Shown: positions 55,081 to 64,000 of the stretch, in pieces
Layout: the number at the start of each line of letters is the position of its first letter
How positions within the stretch are numbered: the stretch's first letter is position 1
Assembly: GCA_964016885.1 (NCBI GenBank)
Contig: OZ024742.1
Span: 105,958,001 to 106,022,000, forward strand
DNA from: Eledone cirrhosa
Lineage: Eukaryota
DNA length: 64,000 nucleotides
Reading direction: 5' to 3'
The notes under the pieces: generated by a model
What the model was told of the DNA's origin: nothing
Databases searched by the model: none
What the model saw: only the letters and a program-made list of their open reading frames with translations
Made by a program: the position numbers and the translations under genes

Positions 55081-55769
55081 GAGACACATAATTCTATCAT
55101 GGCAATTTGTGGAAGGAAGGGGTAGCTGAACCTGCCTGTAGAAGAAAGAGGGAGAGTGGGTGGAGGAAACCCAGTCGTGCGTTGATAGTGCCAACTACAG
55201 CAGGGCAGGAGGTCAAGGAAGTATACTAGGGAGGGGGAGGAAGTCGAAACAAAAAGTAAAACAATATGGGGTAAATATATAGAAGAATACCGAGAAAGTT
55301 AAAAAAACAATTAAATATAAAAAAAAAAACAAAAAAAAAAACAATTACTGGTTACTATTCTTCCCTAGCGACAGCCATCAAGTCTCTCACTGGTACTGCT
55401 AGACTATAGAAAAGTTTACTAGGTGGGACGGAATTATAATGAGACCCTTTTAAGAGGTAGTAGTAATCAACCAAGTATATCTTACGGTGACGGGTCAACA
55501 AGTGGGGGGCCAAAATACTAAAGAAACTACCACGAAATAATAATTCAGAGTCCCGAACCAATACGAAATAATTGTTTCGACCCTAGGCACAAGGCCAGCA
55601 ACCACCCAGTGCAAAAAATAAACTAATACGAAATAATAAATCAGAATCCCGAAAAAGAATACTAATACTATCTCTAAGGGTGCCGCTACGATACAAACAT
55701 TCTAGTGCAAACTACATAAATGCTCGTACGAAGTATATGAAAAATGTTTCATATACTTCGTACAAGAAT

Positions 55770-57350
55770 GAATCCCATTTGAATCAGGCTCTGCTTGAAA
55801 TTGAAACTGCGCTCAAACTTTCCCGTGAAAAGGAGAGGGCAGATAGAGAAGCCAGGGACATAGAAAATATAAAAATAAATCTTAAGGCCTTCTTTAAATT
55901 TGCAAAAGAGACTGCTTCGGTACACTGCAAGATTTGTCCACTTTTCGATAAAAATGGCTCACTAACCGAGGACCCTCAAGGGATAAGTGAGATACTGAAT
56001 GAACAGTACAAAAGTGTTTTCACACCCTCAACGAGGCACATGCAAATAAAGCCAGAAGAATTCTTTGATGCCACAACACTACACTGAGAAATAGTGCCCA
56101 CCAACCACATAAATATAATGGAGGAAGATGCAATATCAGCCATAGAAGAAATGAGAGCAAACTCAGCTGCTGCTGATGGATTCCCAGCAATCCTCCTAAA
56201 AATATGCAAGACCACTGAAGATCCTTTTCAGAAGTTCTCTGGCTAGCGGTAAACCACCCAGAGAGCTAAAAGAAGGCATAATATGCCCTATTCGTAAAGG
56301 AGGAAACAGAGTAGAAGCTAAAAACTATAGGCCTGTTTCCACGATCTTACATATAATTAAAGTGATGGAACAAATCATCAGAAAGAAACTGATCACGTTC
56401 CTCGAGGAAAATGACCTTTTAACTAGCACCCAGCGTAGATTTCGCTGCCTTACACACTTTTACAACACTACCACTGAAACAGATGCTGGCCCACTCAAAT
56501 GTAAACGTGATATATTGCGAAAGCCTTCGACAAGGTCGACCATGTAATGATGTCACAAACTGCTTAGATTCGACATAGTTGGTAAACTTGGTGAGTGGCT
56601 GCGTGACTTCTTAAAGGACAGAAACCAGACTCTTGCAGCCAACAAGGAGCTCTCAAAGGAAACATGAATAAAAAGTGGGATGTCCCAGGGCACTGTCTTT
56701 GGACCACTATTGATTTTAGTGGCTCTTTCAGAATGAGCGCTGTAGTACATACAGCATCCCTCACTAGCTATGCTGATGATACAAAGGTAGCACAGGTAAT
56801 CAAGAACCCGGCTGATGATACTCTTTTACAACAAGATCTGGATGCTATATATAAATGGGCTGAGGACAACAACATGCAATTTAATGCTGGAAAATGTCAA
56901 GCCCTACGCTATCAACTTGCAACCATAAGGACAGTATAACAAAGCTATACTGGACCAAGAAATCCTCGTGTCGAAATCGATACGAGACCTAGGCATATAC
57001 AAGAGCGACGATACATCGTTTCATTCACACATCATGAAAATGGTGGCAATGTGCAGACGACTCGATGGTTGGATCTTGAGGACTTTCAAGACCTGAGACC
57101 AGAAACCATGTTGGTACTATGGAGGACATTTGTCTTAAGCCGACTAAACTATTGTTCCCAGTTGTGGTCACCCCATAGTGTCAAACTAACAACGGAGCTT
57201 GAAGCAATCTAACGAAGCTACACCAAGATGATTGCCACGACGAAGGAGATGAGCTACTGGGAGAGGCTAAAAGAACTAAAACTCCACTCCTTGGAATAGA
57301 GGCGGAAGAAGAACGCAGTGATATACATATGTAAGATTCTGGAAGAAATT
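55770..57350 (+). mobile_element. CR1-group LINE ORF2 fragment (RT), degenerate
   Basis: NLKAFFKFAK..EILNEQYKSVF..ADGFPAILLK..KNYRPVS..KAFDKVDH..QGTVFGPLL..YADDTK..LQQDLDAIYKWAEDNNMQFNAGKC..YCSQLWSP..YWERLKELKL, with many frameshifts. Confidence 0.9.
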
Positions 57351-58143
57351 TGTAATTTGGTATTTTTTTACACACTTGCTAAATGGGATTTCAAATTTTG
57401 GCGCAAAATCAGCAATATGTGGGGAAAGAAAGGTCGATTTTATCGACCCCAGTGCTGGATAGTACATTTTAATTGACTACGAAAGGATGGAAGGCAAAGT
57501 TGACCATGGCGGGATTGGTTTACAAGACCAGTCCTCTAATCACTGAATTATGGAGGCCTGCGAAATGATCACTTTAGACAATTATACACACGTAATATGC
57601 CACATCAAATAAGCTTCGCTATTCCATGCTCAATGTACCGCATTGATGGTTAACTTCAGGTTAGCCTGATGAAGAAGATCGTATTCCGGCTAAGACCATC
57701 CACTATTTTTTCTATGTACATATGTACACGGAACTCAGGAACGCATTGTCTAACACGTGTTCTTTCATAAGAAGATATGGGTGCGATTTGACATGAATTT
57801 AGTAGCTAGTACTCACAGGCCGAACGGTCTCTGTCGGAAGCCATGCAGTAGTGTAACGTGTACTGACCTTCCTCCTCTGACGAAACGAAAAAAAAAAAAA
57901 GAAAAATAGAAAGAAGAGAAGGAGGAAGTGGAAGAAGGTGGTGTTTGTTTTGATTATCAGCGATAAGCACCTAATACACTGTATGTATCATTAAGAAAGG
58001 CGTTTTCATGGCATGCGAAGTCTGGGTATTATTCGTAGCACATCTTCATCATGAACATATCCATTTATCATAATCATACATAAATATATATATTTAATTG
58101 TTATAACTATACAATTTCTTGTTTACTTAATATAATCTCTTTA

Positions 58144-58191
<48 letters not shown>

Positions 58192-58689
58192 TCATACAAA
58201 TACACATATTAATTACCATACATATCTACAATTACTTACAAAAACATCATCCCAAAATAATCCTTCATATTTAGCTATATAATAAATATACACGTTTTGT
58301 TTAAGGAATTAATTGATAATATGTTTTTATCTGTCTTTAATTATCATGTATCTCTATGTATTTAGAAACTATCTATTTTGACACCTAAACACATACCATT
58401 CATACTTACTTAACAGACACTAACTTTATATTTGTATGCATAACTAATATAGAATAGGTGCTAACGAAGGAACAGCTGCTGGACTATAAAAGTTGCTCGA
58501 AACAACAACCAAATTTCCATACCGCCTTTAAAAGGGAAGGACACATCACGTAATGTAATCCCATATACACTATGAATGAAAACGAAGGTATGATCATGGG
58601 TGGTATGCCTTTTATCGCATGGGCAAACAAAAGCTGATCAACAACTAACGTACAGCTGACTTCCTCCGTAAAATCATAATGACAGCAGC

Positions 58690-58798
58690 CCATCTGAGGA
58701 AGGAGCTCCGCTTGGTGGGTTGGCTGTTGCAGCGAGTATCGCTGGTCATTGTCCGCGGCAATGCCTTTGTCATTTTGTCCGCCAAGAGACCACTCTGA
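58690..58798 (+). mobile_element. CRE-like retrotransposon C-terminal remnant
   Basis: 58721 onward reads WLLQRVSLVIVRGNAFVILS. Confidence 0.55.
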
Positions 58799-59206
58799 CT
58801 TAGGTGTAGAATCTGTCACCCTTCCCCCTTACCGCTTTCTCTCGTTGCTCAATAATCCTTGCATTTTCCCTTCTTTCCCTCTCTCTTATAGTCTTTTGCA
58901 ATGCAATGCTACTTTCTTTTCCTTTATACTTGACTAAATATTAAATCCTTTATTATTTTTATGTAATTTTATCCTATAATTTTATGTAATGTTATCTAAT
59001 AACCTAAAAATAATATAGAAAATATATATTCACACACCTCTCACTCACTCATGTTGATTTCTAATTCAGGCACAAGGCCAGAATATTTTTAGATGGGGAG
59101 GGCAGAGTTGATTAAACCATCCACAGAACTTGACTGGGTCGTTTTTTTATCGATCCATGAAAGATGAAATGTAAAGTTAACCTCGGTGGGATTTGAATAT
59201 ATAGAG

Positions 59207-59394
59207 CAGGCCTGTCAACTCTTCCCGTTTGACGAGGAAATCTCCCACCCACCTTGGGATATGTCTTCTCTTGTGAAAATGGGTATAGCTTTCATTATGT
59301 AAAATCTCCCTATTTTGCCTCATTTCTCCTTGTTTTGTGGCACATGTTTTTCATGGCACTCCGCGTTTGGATGTTTAAAGGTTGGCAGGTCTGA
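59207..59394. mobile_element. MITE inserted in a SINE (59060-59455, minus strand)
   Basis: TIRs caggcctgtcaac / gttggcaggtctg interrupt the SINE right after gatttgaa. Confidence 0.55.
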
Positions 59395-60628
59395 AAGAGG
59401 CAGAACAAATAACGTGAAGACATTTTATCTGATGCTTTACTAATTCTGCCAATCCTCTACTTTTTATCAATCTCAAAACAAAGCAAGTACATATTGCCTG
59501 TACGTGTTTCCGGATACATCACTTCCGGTTTGTACATACATAATTACACACATGGCATTGGCTACTATTCATCTCTTCGTGTAATGAATAAGTAAAAGTA
59601 AAGTAAGAGGCCCTTAATGTTTTCTGGAGATGTAGAGGCACCGCCCTGACATATGATGTGTCTTGGCGGAACTAATTCCTCTCCAGCCGATTTCTTTCAG
59701 AGAGAGAAAGAGAGAGAGGGGGGGGAGTGAGAACTACAGTAATTGATTAGCACTTTATTTATCGATCTCTAAAAAAGGAAAGGCAAAGTTGGTCTCAGCG
59801 GTATTTGAACTCAGAGCGCAGTAACCTGGAACAAATGCCGAGGCTTGTTAAATCCAAAGCCCTCAACGACTTTGTAATTCTCCGTTTTCCTGTAAATAAT
59901 GAATACTTTCACCTAAACATTTACCATAAAAACGAAGCTCAGTAAAAGAAAAGAAATTTTTTTTTATTAAATTCAAAGAGGCGCTTCCTTAGAGGAACAG
60001 TAACATAGTCAAGAGCGATTTAGCAGAGTCGTTAGAGAGTTCTAGGTATGTGAGTTCAAATTCCGCTGAGGTTCCATTTGCCCTTCACTCTTTCGGGTCG
60101 ATAGAGAAAGTACGAGCTCGGTGTTGGTTAACTTTCTCTCCCGTTGGCTGAAGACAGAACCTCTGTCTCCATGAGAATGCATGAACCCCTAAAACTTTAG
60201 CGTAAGGCATGGTGTATACTACAAAATCTTACTCGATTGCGCGTGGTGGCTGTAGTAGCTTAGCAGTAAAATTAAACTGGAAAATTAAAGATGTAGATGA
60301 CGATTATATTCGCCTCAATATTACAATAAATCAAGATGAACTATCAAGCAAAATTCTAGTGGGCTTTTGAATTGAATTACTACATAAGTAGATGAAAAAG
60401 AAAAAGAGAAATGGGGTCCATCTGTTTCGACGATGAGTGTTTCAGTCGTTCCATCAACAGAACAGCTTGCGCATTGAATTAATGTGCAAGTGGTTGAGCA
60501 TTCCAGAAACACAGATATTTCTTAGCTCTTCATCAGCCAAAGGCCATCATGACTATATCAGCGCAATCTTCTCTCCTGTAAACTACATCTAATTCCTCCT
60601 ATATCCAACTTTTCTTGCATCTCATCCA

Positions 60629-60678
<50 letters not shown>

Positions 60679-60681
<3 letters not shown>

Positions 60682-60882
60682 TTTTAATATAGATGAGATT
60701 CTACAGGACTAGAACTGTTTCATTCTTTAGAAATCATCAGGAATTCAGCGATTCCTGATGATTTCTAAAGAATGAAACAGTTCTAGTCCTGTAGAATCTC
60801 ATCTATATTAAAACTTTTATACTCTGCAATGTATTGAGTACCTTACTTACTGTGGTTACCTCCGATTCAACCCGGAATAACG
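60679..60882. ncRNA. Family B element with head-to-head hammerheads (minus 60698-60744; plus 60750-60798)
   Basis: gattc-CTGATGA-tttc taaa gaat-GAA-ACAG ttctagtc CTGT-A-gaatc. Perfect arms 60679-60744 and 60751-60816; TA-flanked. Confidence 0.87.
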
Positions 60883-60973
60883 TATATATATATATATGAA
60901 TAATAGAGGTGTGTATGAGAGCATATACTATATGTTTATATACGATAAACTTGACGATCATAAAAAAAAAACC

Positions 60974-61048
<75 letters not shown>

Positions 61049-61230
61049 CCAAAGAATAGTATGGTTCGTTGATTACTCAACGAATACAATTTTACAATAG
61101 ATTAGAAGCACTCAACCAAAAGTTTTCCTGGAGTTTTTAATATTATTCAAAATGTTAACAAATGAAATACTGCCAATACTGGAATTGAACAATCAAGACC
61201 GTAGCGGTATGTCATATATCAAATCATATA

Positions 61231-61292
61231 TTTTGTTTGATGAGGACGTACTGAAAAAACAACACAGTACCTTTGAAATATATATAATAAAG
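61231..61292 (+). ncRNA. Family C hammerhead, decayed (C3 to U)
   Basis: ttttgt-TTGATGA-ggacgtactg..cagtaccttt-GAA-ATATATAT-A-ataaag, within an inverted repeat 61142-61167 / 61318-61343. Confidence 0.6.
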
Positions 61293-61341
61293 TATATATT
61301 TTGATTATGAGAATATTTTTCATTTGTTAACATTTTGAATA

Positions 61342-61395
<54 letters not shown>

Positions 61396-61739
61396 TTGTG
61401 TGTGAGGTGGGGGGGGGGGGTATGACGAATGCTAATATAACTATATATTAGTTGTGCAACATGTAGGAACACGTACACTGATGTAGTAAGTAGAGATATA
61501 TGCATGTTTCTTTACACTTCGACACTCCAACACCTGAACAGGTGTTTATTTAGTAGAGAGTGCAATTTCGTACCACAACTAAAACACTATACACTTAACT
61601 TGTCTAGAGCATCAAGTACACGCTCACATATATTTGCATTCTCATTTACACATACACACACTCACACACACACACACACGCACACACACTCACACATACA
61701 CACACACACAGTCACACACACACACACACGCACACACTG

Positions 61740-61818
<79 letters not shown>

Positions 61819-61971
61819 TGCATACATACGCACATACATTCATACATAAATATATATGCACGTACATATATATATATATATATATACATGTATACATATG
61901 TAATTACGTACGTACGTACAAGCATGCATACATAGTTATATGCTTACAAAAATATATACGTACATATGTAA

Positions 61972-62036
<65 letters not shown>

Positions 62037-62185
62037 CACACACGTCCATACATATGGTCATATATATATATATATATATATATAATGTGTGTATGGATAT
62101 ATACGATGTACATATACATTGTACATATATACATGCATACAAAAATATAAGTACTTGTGCACATACATACTTATACACATGAATA

Positions 62186-62284
<99 letters not shown>

Positions 62285-62699
62285 ACACACACGATAGCCC
62301 ACATCCAGGAAATACCCATCTTCCCCGCTGATTTCTCCGCCATTTCCTCTCTCACTTCCACCACTATCATCCTTTACACAACTTTGAACTTGCTGATCTT
62401 TTATCTTGGCAATGATACCCCCTTGATACCTCTTCGCTCTTCTTTCCTCTCAGCATCACCGCTTTTATTAACCATCTCCCAATATTCAGACTGAATATTT
62501 TATCCAAATGTTTCTTTTTCTATGCTCTAGTTTAAATTCACCCGAGACTTGCGCTTGTATATGTGTGTGTACCTCAACATAGATACATATATAAATATAT
62601 ATGCATATATAAATACACAAACACAGGCGTGCACACAGGCAAACACACATATTTATCATGTAGTTCCCATGTAAATGATTGTAATAATAGTTGATCTCT

Positions 62700-63045
62700 A
62701 TAAATAATTGTTTCTACTTTAGGCACAAAGCCAGCAATTTGAGGGGAAGGGGAAATTCGATTAAATCGACCTCAGTGCATTACTGGTGCTTTATTTTATC
62801 GACCCCGTAAGGATGAAAGGCAAAGTTAACCTCGGCCCCGTAAATAATAGTAAACGCTATAAATAATTGTTTCTACATTTGGCACAAGGCCAGCAATAAC
62901 CTCAGTGCATTACTGGTACTTTATTTTATCGACCCCGTAAGGATGAAGGGCAAAGTTAACCTCGGTGGAATTTGAACTCAGATCGTAAAGGGCAGTAACA
63001 CTATGTTGCAAAGCATGGCATCCGACCCTCTACCAATACTGCCAA
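62700..63045 (-). mobile_element. Two adjacent tRNA-derived SINE copies
   Basis: 62700-62836 (partial) and 62857-63044; the second is flanked by aatagtaaacg repeats (probable TSD). Confidence 0.8.
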
Positions 63046-63418
63046 ATAGTAAACGAAAAGACGGTGGACAGAGACGCTTTAGATTAATCATACTCCGCAT
63101 TTCCTGCCGGACAAGTATATCAACTAGTGCGCCTTATAGAAGAATATTTTAAGCCTCTAGCTAGAATTCTGAAAACATTGGAAAGATGTGAAATGTAGTA
63201 ATCTCAGAGTAAATAACTATAACATTAGCCGATCACTATAAATGATAGTTAAGTAAATCTCATTTTCGTGTTGGATAATCGAAACATTTCCACCATTAAA
63301 ATGCTCTGATACATTATTCTATATCTTCGTTAAAATAAATATAAATTGTATCTTTTTTCAAATTTTCAAATTGAAGATTAAGTTTATCTATTTTTCTTAC
63401 GTAATATAATATTTGAAA

Positions 63419-63451
<33 letters not shown>

Positions 63452-63454
<3 letters not shown>

Positions 63455-63556
63455 CGTGTCCCTCAAAAATGTATACAGACTTCAACAGCATTCTAATAAA
63501 TATTGCCTGTACAGACAGGTGATCAAAGTGTGTGTACATTTTTGGGGGACACCCTG
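63452..63556. mobile_element. Tc1/mariner-type MITE
   Basis: ~31-bp imperfect TIRs cagcgtgtccctcaaaaatgtatacagactt / aagtgtgtgtacatttttgggggacaccctg, in a TA context. Confidence 0.75.
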
Positions 63557-63588
63557 TGTGTATATATATATATATATAAAATTCAAAA

Positions 63589-63742
63589 TAGAGTCGCACA
63601 CAAAAGTTCATAGGCTGACTATGAAGGTGTGATATTAGAGCTGTGAAATCTTGCATGCATTAATTTCAATTCTTATTATTAATAACTGAATTGTTTCTTT
63701 TCAGAGAGCATCAGCTTCTGAACTTTTAAGCCGACTCTCGTA
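63589..63742. mobile_element. Mariner-type MITE
   Basis: Imperfect TIRs gagtcg..aaaagttcataggctga / tcagcttctgaacttttaagccgactctcgta. Confidence 0.55.
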
Positions 63743-63765
63743 CATACATACATATGTGTGTGTGC

Positions 63766-63854
<89 letters not shown>

Positions 63855-64000
63855 CGTGCGCGCGCGTGTGTGTGTGTGTGTGTTTGTGAGTGTGTGTGTG
63901 TGTGTGTGTGCATACATGTGTATGTATGTACATATATATGGGTCTGGGGGTATGTGTGTCAGATTATTCAGAATTTAATGCTGGTTTTTAAACATTAAAT

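Noticed and set aside
57660-57700. CTGATGA box at ~57666
   Set aside because: No downstream GAAA or stem III; treated as a chance match.

Overview
AT-rich, microsatellite-dense eukaryotic DNA. The repeat types suggest a cephalopod (octopus-like) genome, which is an inference. No host gene exon was convincingly recognised, and nearly all short ORFs in the track are (TA)n/(CA)n/(GA)n artefacts. Recognisable elements are: a 5'-truncated Penelope-like element (Naiad-type RT plus GIY-YIG, 1-1320, open for 440 codons and missed by the ORF track); a full-length but disabled Tx1/L1-type LINE with a 20-bp target-site duplication (12085-17920); CR1-group and CRE-like LINE remnants; a non-autonomous Helitron with STPR-like repeats; tRNA-derived SINEs; a 5S rRNA-derived fragment; and MITEs. 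The main hidden signal is a dense set of minimal type I hammerhead ribozyme (HHR) motifs, about 15 copies in at least 7 unrelated sequence families. They sit in short non-coding elements embedded in (TA)n tracts and form fold-back, head-to-head or tandem arrays. One array (4768-6935) has an HHR-to-HHR monomer of about 580 nt, which is retrozyme-like. All folds were read by eye; none was computed or tested for activity.
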